In this document: one piece after another, positions 7,921 to 16,338 of the stretch
How the letters are laid out: the number at the start of each line of letters is the position of its first letter
Numbering within the stretch: the first letter of the stretch is position 1
The notes under the pieces: model-generated
The model's input: only the letters and a program-made list of their open reading frames with translations
The model's database searches: none
Told to the model about the DNA's origin: nothing
Position numbers and translations under genes: made by a program
DNA from: Candidatus Omnitrophota bacterium
GTDB taxonomy: Bacteria; Omnitrophota; Gorgyraeia; Zapsychrales; JANLHA01
NCBI GenBank assembly: GCA_963662715.1
Contig: OY759724.1
Span: forward strand, 1,560,001-1,592,000
Reading direction: 5' to 3'
DNA: 32,000 nucleotides

Positions 7921-8601
7921 ATGGACTCCAATATCCAGAATTACAGGACGATACATTTCCTGGGGATAATTTTATTTCCCTCTTTTTTCTTCTTGGATTT
8001 AATCATTTATCCGCAGGACAAATGGGCTTTATTGACGATAAGGTCCGTCCTGACCCTTTATTCGCTCATTGCTTTCTTTGCCATTGATAAAATGAATGCG
8101 GCCAACGCCAAGAGAATGATGCATTGCTCTTTAATTCTTGCTCCCGCGACGATATCTTATATGTGCTTTCTGACCGGGGACGGCTCCAGATCCCCTTATT
8201 ATGCCGGCTTGTTTTTAATCATGTTGGCTTTCCCTTATTTTATGAATTTGGGGTTCAGGGCTCTTGTTATCCATCTGCTGCTTATTTTGGGGATTCATTT
8301 TTCCTTTCTTTTTGCCTCATATGCGGATTTTCACGGCATAATGATCAACCTTTTCTTCCTTTGTTCTTTTGCCCTGATGGCCGTGTTGTTGCACGGCCGC
8401 AACCAGAAGTTTGTGCGCGAGATAAAGACCCTGCAGGGATTTCTGCCTATATGCATGCATTGCAAAAAAATCCGGAATGATAAAGGATACTGGGATAAAA
8501 TTGAAAAATATATTAGCGCGAGGACCGATGTGTCCTTCTCTCACGGGATCTGCCCCGAATGTTTGGAAACCCATTATCCGGAGGAATTGAACGGCGGGTA
8601 A
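7921..8601 (+). CDS. polytopic membrane protein (5-6 TM) with a C-terminal CxxCKKI...FSHGxCxxC zinc-ribbon tail
   Basis: ATG at 7921. Multiple TM helices, including an SPYYAGLFL segment. The tail is LQGFLPICMHCKKIRNDKGYWDKIEKYISARTDVSFSHGICPEC (nt 8431-8562). Confidence 0.7.
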   Translation: MDSNIQNYRTIHFLGIILFPSFFFLDLIIYPQDKWALLTIRSVLTLYSLIAFFAIDKMNAANAKRMMHCSLILAPATISYMCFLTGDGSRSPYYAGLFLIMLAFPYFMNLGFRALVIHLLLILGIHFSFLFASYADFHGIMINLFFLCSFALMAVLLHGRNQKFVREIKTLQGFLPICMHCKKIRNDKGYWDKIEKYISARTDVSFSHGICPECLETHYPEELNGG

Positions 8602-8680
8602 GCAGCCAGCCTGCAAAGCTTGCTTTAAAGCAAGGGACTATGGCATTAAGAATATTCAGAGACCGCCGATGTGTCAGTGT

Positions 8681-10150
8681 ATGAATCTTTTTTCTCATTT
8701 AGAAAACACTTCCAGCAAGCAAGTGGTTTTATATGCTGTGCTTTTTTTTGTCTTGACCCGCCTGCTGTTCCTGCTGGCCGGATTCCCGTTTTATTACTGT
8801 TTTAACATGCACCTTGATGAACAATTATGCAAAGATAATTTTCTGGAATGTCTTTATTATACGCATCATAAGCCGCCGCTTTTTTTGCTGTTTCTTGGTC
8901 TTGTTTACCTGCTCCCCGCAACGTCTTTTATCCCGATTTATCATGCGATTTATCTGCTGATGGGGATGATTTTCACCGTCACCCTTTTCGGGGTCATGGA
9001 TTTGTTTGATATCCCGAGGAAATGGAGTGTCCCGCTGACCGCTCTTTTTATGCTGGGACCGTCGGTCATTGCCTATGAACATTGGCTTTATTATACTTAT
9101 CCCTGCGCATTAATGCTTTGTTTGAGCGTGCTTTTTTTACAGCTTTATTTTAAATATGATAAGCACGGATATCTTTTTGCCTATTTCCTGCTTTTAGCTG
9201 TCCTTATTTTGACAAGAAGCTTGTTTCATCTCGCCTGGTTTATGCTTTTTGTCCTGATTCTGGCGGTGTATAGAAGAAGATTCTGGAAAAAAATTCTTAT
9301 GGCAGCGGCCCTGCCTTTCCTGTTGGTTTTAGCGTTTTATGTGAAGAACGCCTTGCTTTTCGGTTTGTTTACCACAAGTTCCCAGGCCGGATTCGAATTG
9401 AGCATTATGGCGATGAACCAAATGCCAAATGAGCAAAGAGAACAATTGATCCGGGAAGGAAAGCTGTCCGAATTTGTCGCCATGGGGTCTCATGAATCCG
9501 TTGAGACTTATGAAAGATTTTATCCTCTGAAGGAGGCGGGCATCCCTATCCTGGATCAAAAAGTCAAATCCAACGGCCGTGTCAATTACAGCCATCAGAT
9601 TTATCTGCCTGTTAACCGTCATTTTTTGGAAGATTCCTTTTACGTTCTAAAGCACTATCCCGGGTATTATCTGGAAGCCCTCCGGTATTCCACATTCAGA
9701 TATTTACTGCCCGGCCCCAGCAAGCTTGGGGGGGAAGGACGCAATGCCCGGTTGATGAAGCGGATGTCTTTGTACGAGCGTGTTTATAATATGATTTTTC
9801 TGGGGCAAATCCTGCCGCGTACCCCTTGTTGGACATTTCGTCTGAATCACAGCCTTTATGAGGTGAGGGCGTCCCTGTTTTGGCTGGTCGGATTTCCTCT
9901 GCTTATGGTATGGATAGGCATATTCCTGGCAAGAATTCTTTTTGGGGATGATAAACACAAAAAGAATTTCATCCCCTTATTGTTTATGTGGCTTACGACG
10001 GGATATATTTCGTTTATTTCCATTGCCTTAAACGGCAATAACAGGCATCGTTTCCTGGTCGAGTCCTTTGTGGTGATCTTTGTGGGACTGTTCTTAACAT
10101 CTTTGGGCTGTAGGTTCGCGGAAGGAGAGGATTCGGCCCGGGGAAATTAG
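8681..10150 (+). CDS. GT-C fold (ArnT/PMT-like) membrane glycosyltransferase candidate
   Basis: About 10 or more TM helices. The first loop has LDEQ...YYTHHKPPLFLLFLG, resembling the acidic motif plus KPPL/HPPL motif of the PMT_2/GT39-GT83 families. Start chosen at ATG 8681 (MNLF). Confidence 0.6.
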   Translation: MNLFSHLENTSSKQVVLYAVLFFVLTRLLFLLAGFPFYYCFNMHLDEQLCKDNFLECLYYTHHKPPLFLLFLGLVYLLPATSFIPIYHAIYLLMGMIFTVTLFGVMDLFDIPRKWSVPLTALFMLGPSVIAYEHWLYYTYPCALMLCLSVLFLQLYFKYDKHGYLFAYFLLLAVLILTRSLFHLAWFMLFVLILAVYRRRFWKKILMAAALPFLLVLAFYVKNALLFGLFTTSSQAGFELSIMAMNQMPNEQREQLIREGKLSEFVAMGSHESVETYERFYPLKEAGIPILDQKVKSNGRVNYSHQIYLPVNRHFLEDSFYVLKHYPGYYLEALRYSTFRYLLPGPSKLGGEGRNARLMKRMSLYERVYNMIFLGQILPRTPCWTFRLNHSLYEVRASLFWLVGFPLLMVWIGIFLARILFGDDKHKKNFIPLLFMWLTTGYISFISIALNGNNRHRFLVESFVVIFVGLFLTSLGCRFAEGEDSARGN

Positions 10151-10176
10151 CTTTTTAAAAATGAAGGTGAGGTGAT

Positions 10177-10539
10177 ATGAAATCAGGATGGATTGTATAC
10201 AAAAACAGAAGAATTCTGTTGGCAGACTACTCTGAGTATATTCTGGATTCAGACGGCATCATGGAAGAAATCGCGGAGGTGAATTCTCTGGCCTTGAAAG
10301 AGCGAACGGATTCAGTCCTTTTATTGGTTTATGTTGAAAACAGTGTGGGATCCAAAGAAATCCTTTCCTGTTTAAAAGATTCGGCCTTTACAATTAAGAA
10401 TAATGTTTACAAAACAGCCGTGGTCGGGGTGACAGGGGCTAAGAGCGTGCTGATGAAAATGATTTCTAATTATTCCGGACTCAAGATGAAGGCTTTTGAC
10501 GACACGGACGCGGCCAAAGACTGGCTTATCGCCGGCTAA
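10177..10539 (+). CDS. small STAS/SpoIIAA-like protein (tentative)
   Basis: GGTGAGGTG RBS. A 120-aa alpha/beta-type sequence ending KMKAFDDTDAAKDWL, a pattern I associate with STAS-like proteins. The assignment is weak. Confidence 0.5.
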   Translation: MKSGWIVYKNRRILLADYSEYILDSDGIMEEIAEVNSLALKERTDSVLLLVYVENSVGSKEILSCLKDSAFTIKNNVYKTAVVGVTGAKSVLMKMISNYSGLKMKAFDDTDAAKDWLIAG

Positions 10540-10695
10540 GACAAAAACACCGGTCTGTTGTCTTGTGGAATGCCGGATCGCGGCATATTATGGGAAACGG
10601 ATGAGGGGGTGTTGATGTAAACCCTTATTTAACAAAGACTTTTGACTCTGTCGGCCGTGCTTTTTAAAGCATTAGGCGAGTTGGGATATTAGGTG

Positions 10696-10701
10696 TATAA
10701 T
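10696..10701 (+). promoter_or_regulatory. -10 box candidate (TATAAT)
   Basis: A perfect TATAAT lies 20 nt upstream of ATG 10721. There is no convincing -35. The palindrome TGCTTT-TT-AAAGCA (10658-10671) sits about where a -41.5 activator site would be. Confidence 0.3.
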
Positions 10702-10720
10702 AAGGGTCGGTGGTCTGATT

Positions 10721-11557
10721 ATGAGGATAATATTCATTATAACTTTACTCCTATCCCTGTGTTTTTCCGTATCCATAAGTTACGCTGAACCGTTCGAGCT
10801 GTTTCCTTTTGATCCATCATTAAGTCAATATATTCAGTCATACCATTTTAACCCCGACCCTTCCGAAGCCCTGGACCGTTTCTTCAGCATTGATATGCGG
10901 GAATTTGAAGAAAAGGCAGAGGAAAAAGGCCTGCCCCATTCCAGAGCTGTCTTAATGGCTTTTTATATCCATATCCTTCACGACAATGATGAACAGGTCC
11001 TGCCGTTTGCGCACCGGTTGTCCTCTGTCACTCAAGAGGAGAAAGCGCAGTTCGGTCTGGAGGCCATTGCCTACGGCGCCAAAAAAAACCGGAGGGAAGC
11101 TTTGGCTGTGCTTGTTGAATCTTTCCGCCTTCCCCCGGAGAGTTTAGGGGAGTATGCGGCTTTGCGAAGTTACCCTTATCCAACCATGGAGGCAGATCAT
11201 TGGCGGACTCTTGATGTCCTGTGGGTGAGTTATTTTGCGACAGGCGACTGCAGGTATATTCGGAAGATTGCGAAGTCGTTGACGGATTTTCGGGTTATGG
11301 ATGAAGAATATAAAGAACAGCTGCGGCTTTTCAGTGAAATCAATCCCAAGCCGGGGTCTTATGAATACCGCGTATTGGTCGGCGGATTAACGGCTCAGGC
11401 GTCTTTATTCAGCTTGACGGTTAATGCGGCCCAGGACCCTGTTGTCCTGGCAGAGCTCCGGGAAGTCGCCGGGAACGGCAATCGCCGCATGAATAAATTG
11501 GCTAAGCAAATAGTCCAGAGAGTAGATGAAGCAAGAGGTAGGATGGCTAATAAATAG
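10721..11557 (+). CDS. secreted hypothetical protein
   Basis: Signal peptide MRIIFIITLLLSLCFSVSISYA. A 278-aa ORF with no recognisable family. Confidence 0.6.
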   Translation: MRIIFIITLLLSLCFSVSISYAEPFELFPFDPSLSQYIQSYHFNPDPSEALDRFFSIDMREFEEKAEEKGLPHSRAVLMAFYIHILHDNDEQVLPFAHRLSSVTQEEKAQFGLEAIAYGAKKNRREALAVLVESFRLPPESLGEYAALRSYPYPTMEADHWRTLDVLWVSYFATGDCRYIRKIAKSLTDFRVMDEEYKEQLRLFSEINPKPGSYEYRVLVGGLTAQASLFSLTVNAAQDPVVLAELREVAGNGNRRMNKLAKQIVQRVDEARGRMANK

Positions 11558-11909
11558 GCTGTCGAATCCTTTCCTGTCCATAACCCCACCCTTGGTGAAA
11601 TGGCCCGTCCGAGAACATTATCCGCAAAAATGGAAGCGGAAGATCACGCCCCGGAACCCGGGGAAAAGGGAACGTTCTGTGTTGCCCATGAAGGAGGCGG
11701 TCCACGCTTTGGGCCGGGTATCCTGTGCTTGAAACCAGGAATCGTTGTGACCGCAATTAAAATAGCTGCGGGGGAAGGCGGTCGTTGAAAATATTAAGGT
11801 TGCGGATTGAGGAAATGCCTAATTGGTTATAAAATGTTTCCGTCAGGCTATCCGCCTCTGGTCCGCCAGAAGGTACGCATATTGTCAATAATCAGAGAAG
11901 AGGAGAAAA

Positions 11910-12332
11910 ATGAAAAAATCAAGAATGAAGATCACGGCCGTGTTTGCATGTGGAATCTTATGTGTCACCTTGCTCTGCTCCTGCGGTAAACCGAAAGATC
12001 AGAAGATCCTCGATGAAGAAACTGTCGAACAGATACGGACGGCCAATGAAAGTCTCCCGGTGATGCTTGATGACGATACGAGGTTAGAACGCATCGAAGG
12101 CGGTCCGGGCAACCGGATGACGTATCATTGTACTCTTGTTAAATATTCTTCAGAACAGCTCCCTAAGGAGCTGTTCGATAAAGAAATAGCCCCGATTATT
12201 AAAAAGAACAATTTGTCGAATTACTCTTTATTGACTTATTTCAGAAAAGGGATAACGGTCATCTACAGCTATAAAGGAAATGACGGCGTGCATATTTCCG
12301 ACGTTGTCTTGGATCCGGGGAACAGGTATTAA
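11910..12332 (+). CDS. probable lipoprotein, unknown function
   Basis: AGAGGAG RBS. The N-terminus MKKSRMKITAVFACGILCVTLLCSCGK has a lipobox-like LCS-C. Confidence 0.6.
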   Translation: MKKSRMKITAVFACGILCVTLLCSCGKPKDQKILDEETVEQIRTANESLPVMLDDDTRLERIEGGPGNRMTYHCTLVKYSSEQLPKELFDKEIAPIIKKNNLSNYSLLTYFRKGITVIYSYKGNDGVHISDVVLDPGNRY

Positions 12333-12480
12333 GTTTTGCGGGGGCTTTGGCCTCCCGGGCGGGAATCTCGCCAATAATTCAGAAAGCATGAAAAGAGGCG
12401 TCCGCAGGCTCTGAGTCAAGGTGCCCTTTTGGGCGGTGGACGGTCATGACCGGCGAATATTTTTCCGGCAGGTATGCGTT

Positions 12481-13185
12481 ATGCAAAAAAAGATGAATTT
12501 GATTCATGGGGAGATTCAAAAGACAATAAAGACCCTTCAGTTGAGAATCCAGGACCGGTTTCCCAGCTCAGGTCTCGCAAGAGTCTGTCAGACTCTCGGC
12601 GACATATCCCAGGAAACGAACAATACTGTTCAATGGATCGAGAGGGCTAATTATCCTTTGCGTATTTGTATTTATTCTTTAATGGCCTTTTCCTGTATGG
12701 CCGTTTTCCGCTCTGTCATCCCGCTGAATATCAAAGTCAGTAAAATAACGATCATTGACCTTGTCCAAATAACGGTCTCGGCGCTGGATGGCCTGGTCCT
12801 CATCGGAGCCGGGGTGATATTTTTGGTGACCTATGAGAACAGGAGGAAAAGGAAAAGAGTTATCGGGGCGATCAATCAGCTGAAGGGGCTTGCCCACATT
12901 ATTGATATGCATCAACTCACGAAGGACCCTGACAGCGTATCGAGAATCAATATTCCCACGCCGCACTCTCCGTCACGCTCGTTTAATAAATATGAACTGG
13001 GCCGTTATCTGAATTATTGTACGGAGATGTTGGCTCTGATCAGCAAAACAGGGTTTCTTTATGTCCAGGATTTTCACGATCCCATAGCCACCAACGCTGT
13101 TGACGAACTGGAGGATTTGACGACGGGTCTATCGAGAAAAATATGGCAGAAGATCATGATTATTCAATCTAAAGATAATGGATGA
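12481..13185 (+). CDS. hypothetical two-TM membrane protein
   Basis: ATG at 12481 (MQKKMNL). Two central hydrophobic helices are followed by an RRKRKR stop-transfer patch. Confidence 0.55.
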   Translation: MQKKMNLIHGEIQKTIKTLQLRIQDRFPSSGLARVCQTLGDISQETNNTVQWIERANYPLRICIYSLMAFSCMAVFRSVIPLNIKVSKITIIDLVQITVSALDGLVLIGAGVIFLVTYENRRKRKRVIGAINQLKGLAHIIDMHQLTKDPDSVSRINIPTPHSPSRSFNKYELGRYLNYCTEMLALISKTGFLYVQDFHDPIATNAVDELEDLTTGLSRKIWQKIMIIQSKDNG

Positions 13186-13224
13186 GGGGGCTTTATGCCC
13201 GCTGATGTGTGCCGGCGAATTTTT

Positions 13225-13257
13225 GGGGGTGCCGAGAATAAAGACACCCTGTTTTTT
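13225..13257 (+). terminator. weak intrinsic terminator candidate
   Basis: GGGGTG (13226-13231) pairs with CACCCT (13245-13250), including one G-U pair, followed by GTTTTTT. Confidence 0.35.
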
Positions 13258-13293
13258 CCCCGGGACCTTTTTTATGTTTAAGGGGATGTTGTT

Positions 13294-13785
13294 ATGTCCG
13301 TGTCACAATTAAATATCCGGACGGAAATTGTCAGGGGGCTCCTTATCGTCATTTTTGTCTTCTCCCCGGGCTTGAGCAGGGCGGAAAGTCTGTATTTTGA
13401 GAATGATCCGGAGTCCGCAGGCGGGATATCTTTGGGGGAACACATTTCCGAATACTGTAACCGGATTTTGCCGGATTTTAAAAATCTGAAGGAAAGTCTG
13501 CAGCGGCGGCATCCCGGATGGTCTCAATTTGAGCTGGCGCTTAACCTTATGGAGTTAGGGAGAGCCCAGACGTCCGGAATCGATGCCCCCTCCCCCAAAG
13601 ACGGGGAGTTCATTTTGAGCTATGTCAGATCTCTTAATTTTGAAAATTTTAATGCTGCTTTGTTTTCTGCTTATTCGGGTGGCTGCATCATGGGGTTGGT
13701 GTTAAAGGGAGAACTGAAGGCCCAGTATTTTATAGATGCTTTGAAGCTGTCGTCGCACATAGCCCAGATGACATTTGAACCGTAA
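13294..13785 (+). CDS. secreted hypothetical protein
   Basis: AAGGGGA RBS. Hydrophobic signal LLIVIFVFSPGLSRA. Confidence 0.5.
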   Translation: MSVSQLNIRTEIVRGLLIVIFVFSPGLSRAESLYFENDPESAGGISLGEHISEYCNRILPDFKNLKESLQRRHPGWSQFELALNLMELGRAQTSGIDAPSPKDGEFILSYVRSLNFENFNAALFSAYSGGCIMGLVLKGELKAQYFIDALKLSSHIAQMTFEP

Positions 13786-13791
13786 TATGTG

Positions 13792-14004
13792 ATGCTTGTG
13801 GCGGGAGACTATACGGTAAGTCAGGGGGATGTTGTGTTCAGAATTATACATGAGAACGGGCGCCCTGAATCTGTCCGGGGAAAGATTGTCCTGAACGGAG
13901 ATGAGTTGATCCTGACTTCCGGGGACGACCAGGAGAGCGAAAGATGCGCGAAAGTAAAAACAAAATCTTTGCCGGACTCGGATGCCAGTGAATTCGATGA
14001 TTGA
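13792..14004 (+). CDS. small acidic hypothetical protein
   Basis: A 70-aa ORF starting 7 nt after the preceding stop. It has no SD, so it would need translational coupling. Support is weak. Confidence 0.35.
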   Translation: MLVAGDYTVSQGDVVFRIIHENGRPESVRGKIVLNGDELILTSGDDQESERCAKVKTKSLPDSDASEFDD

Positions 14005-14036
14005 ACCATTTTTTCCCGGGGGGAGTAAAAGAGTCT

Positions 14037-14552
14037 ATGAAAAAGTTTTTGCTTGTCTTTGCCGCCATACTGGTATTCTTCTTTTACAGTTTGGCCGCAG
14101 ATACTTTTACTGATAATGCTGATGAATTGATCGGGTATCTTGTGAAAGAGGGCAATGCTTATTGCACTCCGCAGGCTAAGAAAGCGCGTGTGAAACTGGA
14201 ATATTTAGGCGTGGATGTTTTCCCTGAACTTGTTGACAATGTCCATGATGCCCGTCCGGCCTGGCCTTGTCTTCAGCAGGAGACCATAAATGAGACGACG
14301 GTAGGTGATGTCTGTTTTGAACTGGTCCGCTGGCAAGTGCAGAAGTCCTTTTATACGAAGATGGGGCCGCATTTTCTGACGAAGGAAAGCCTGGAGGACT
14401 GGTGGGCAGAAAGACGAGGCCGGAGTCTGTTGGAGTTGCAAGTCGAGGCTTTAGAATGGGCTATTCAGGAAGTGAAAACGAACGCGGCCTACGGAAGGTA
14501 TCCCGAGGATTGGCTGGAGCGCATGGAATCAAAGCTGAGACAATTACGGTAG
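14037..14552 (+). CDS. secreted hypothetical protein
   Basis: ATG at 14037. Signal peptide MKKFLLVFAAILVFFFYSLAA. Confidence 0.55.
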   Translation: MKKFLLVFAAILVFFFYSLAADTFTDNADELIGYLVKEGNAYCTPQAKKARVKLEYLGVDVFPELVDNVHDARPAWPCLQQETINETTVGDVCFELVRWQVQKSFYTKMGPHFLTKESLEDWWAERRGRSLLELQVEALEWAIQEVKTNAAYGRYPEDWLERMESKLRQLR

Positions 14553-14595
14553 AAGCTTTAGATATGAAACCGTATTGATACATTGTATGAGGGAT

Positions 14596-14624
14596 ATCCC
14601 GTGAAACGGGACGGGATGATTTTT
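14596..14624 (+). terminator. rho-independent terminator
   Basis: ATCCCGT (14596-14602) pairs with ACGGGAT (14611-14617) around an 8-nt loop, followed by GATTTTT. Confidence 0.55.
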
Positions 14625-14650
14625 CCCTGTTCTCGACCCCATGTTAGAAT

Positions 14651-15112
14651 ATGGCATACGAACACACACAAGAAGGCATGCTGCATTATATATTGTACGG
14701 GACGAGTTTTATCCTTGTTTTCCTGGGCTTAAAGCTTGGAGCAGAACCTTTTTTTTCTGTTGTTTTTTATATCGCGGCATTGTTCCTTTTGCTGCTCAGC
14801 GTTTCCTGCCAGTCGCTCACGGTTAAAGATGAAGGGGATTTCTTGAGTATTTATTCCGGGCCGATGGCGCTGTTTAAGAAAAAGATCAGGTATTCGGGAA
14901 TCCGCTCGGTTTCCCGCTCAAAATCAACCATCCTGGACGGATGGGGGTGGCATTATAGGTTAGGGAAGGGCTGGATCATTAATGTCGGGGGATTTGACTG
15001 TGTCGCCATAAAGACCGAAAAGAGTCAATGGCGTATAGGGACAGACGACCCTGAAGGATTAATGGATTTTTTACGGGGAAAGGTCGCTCCGCCGGAAAAA
15101 GATCATATTTAG
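14651..15112 (+). CDS. hypothetical membrane protein (two N-terminal TM helices plus a small soluble domain)
   Basis: The ORF has two hydrophobic helices. The start is uncertain: ATG 14651 has no SD and ATG 14678 is also in frame. Confidence 0.5.
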   Translation: MAYEHTQEGMLHYILYGTSFILVFLGLKLGAEPFFSVVFYIAALFLLLLSVSCQSLTVKDEGDFLSIYSGPMALFKKKIRYSGIRSVSRSKSTILDGWGWHYRLGKGWIINVGGFDCVAIKTEKSQWRIGTDDPEGLMDFLRGKVAPPEKDHI

Positions 15113-15131
15113 TTCAAGGCGGGGCTTTTTT
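15086..15131 (+). terminator. terminator candidate with a large loop
   Basis: GCTCCGCC (15086-15093) pairs with GGCGGGGC (15118-15125), including one G-U pair, followed by TTTTTT. The 24-nt loop contains the stop codon. Confidence 0.4.
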
Positions 15132-15155
15132 AAAAAGATTTTGGGGAGGTGCAGG

Positions 15156-15647
15156 ATGAAAATATGGTTGGCAAGAAAATGGAAGTGGAACATCTGTGTT
15201 GTTCTGTGCAGTTTTATCTGTCTGTCCGGGGCTGCCGTTATGGCTGAAGAGGAGGCTTTGAAGGCCGCTAAGATTTTTTTTGAAAGTTTTGTGGAAGGCG
15301 GCGAGAATGTGGAGCCGAACATCGTCGATTATTTCGCCGATGACGCCAAAATTATCGCCATCCGTCAGGTGGGGGATAATGAACCCCAGCGGATTGTCAC
15401 CAACGGCCGCAGGCATAAAGAATACCTCCGCCGGGCTTTCAAGCGGGCTAAGATTAAAAAACTGACCGGAAAAAAGGGGAGCAGTTTCTCCGATGTTTTT
15501 TATGCCATGGAAGGGGAGTGTGTCAGGATTTCCGCCCTCCGCCATTCCGAGTTCAGAAGGACGGAGACGCTATATTCCCTGCTGGTTTGTCAGGATAGCC
15601 AGGGGGAATGGCGTATTATGGAAGAAATTAATGAAATCAAAGAATAA
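15156..15647 (+). CDS. secreted protein, possibly NTF2/SnoaL-like fold
   Basis: GGGGAGG RBS and ATG at 15156, with a signal peptide. The size and the pattern ending GEWRIMEEI suggest an NTF2-like fold. This is tentative. Confidence 0.5.
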   Translation: MKIWLARKWKWNICVVLCSFICLSGAAVMAEEEALKAAKIFFESFVEGGENVEPNIVDYFADDAKIIAIRQVGDNEPQRIVTNGRRHKEYLRRAFKRAKIKKLTGKKGSSFSDVFYAMEGECVRISALRHSEFRRTETLYSLLVCQDSQGEWRIMEEINEIKE

Positions 15648-15701
15648 AAATTGTCGGGGTTAACAGAAAGGTTGTTTGTTGTGAAAGTTATATATGAAAG
15701 A

Positions 15702-16178
15702 ATGATTTTAAAAACAGCCGGTGTCCTGCTGCTGTGTTGGGGCCTGGCCGTATCAGCTTTTGCCGTGCCTTTCAGGGTGGGGTGGGGCGGCCCGGGATAT
15801 GATGATACCGCAAATCCGCCGGACCGTTTTGTGGCCTATCTTGATCCTTCCCGTAAAGTCATTCAAATAAGCGTTAACACCTATGAGACGTCCAAAGAAG
15901 TTTCTCTTATTCGACTTGTCCCTTTCCAGGGACAGCAGGAAATCAAGTCAGATACTTGCCGTAAGACCTCCCGGCATTTGAAATCTCCGTGGGAATGTTC
16001 GTTCCTGGTTTCTGATATTAAAAAATTATCGGATTTGGGGATGATTATCGTTGAAAATGAAATAGGCCAGAATATCCTGACGGATGACATTGATTTTGAT
16101 CAGATTAATTTAATGATTATGGGTGAAGGCCAGCAACCTGATCTTCAGGGCGAAGGCATCCCAGACGGTCATTATTAA
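15702..16178 (+). CDS. secreted hypothetical protein
   Basis: Signal peptide MILKTAGVLLLCWGLAVSAFA from ATG 15702. GTG 15681 and TTG 15651 are also in frame. Confidence 0.5.
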   Translation: MILKTAGVLLLCWGLAVSAFAVPFRVGWGGPGYDDTANPPDRFVAYLDPSRKVIQISVNTYETSKEVSLIRLVPFQGQQEIKSDTCRKTSRHLKSPWECSFLVSDIKKLSDLGMIIVENEIGQNILTDDIDFDQINLMIMGEGQQPDLQGEGIPDGHY

Positions 16179-16247
16179 GAATGGGGCTATAGGGATGGTT
16201 CATGTTTTGACTAGCCGTATTTTCCCCGGCATAAAAGGGTTTGTGTC

Positions 16248-16277
16248 TTGACGGGGAACTCATATATGATTTATGAA
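16248..16277 (+). promoter_or_regulatory. sigma70-like promoter candidate
   Basis: TTGACG (16248-16253), 18-nt spacer, TATGAA (16272-16277), upstream of ATG 16339. Confidence 0.3.
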
Positions 16278-16338
16278 TATGCGGGGCAACAGCCGTGCAC
16301 GTCTGCTTGTTTTTGAGGAGCCGGCTTTCATTTAAAAG

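Noticed and set aside
11558-11600. On the minus strand the sequence reads GGGGTTATGGACAGGAAAGGATTCGACAGCC, which resembles the 5-prime end of tmRNA (GGGG...GGAUUCGAC).
   Set aside because: A tmRNA would have to run about 350 nt antisense through the well-supported 10721-11557 CDS. I also found no TGGTGGAG...GGA.TCGAACC (the reverse complement of a tRNA-like 3-prime end) in the + strand around 11200-11260.
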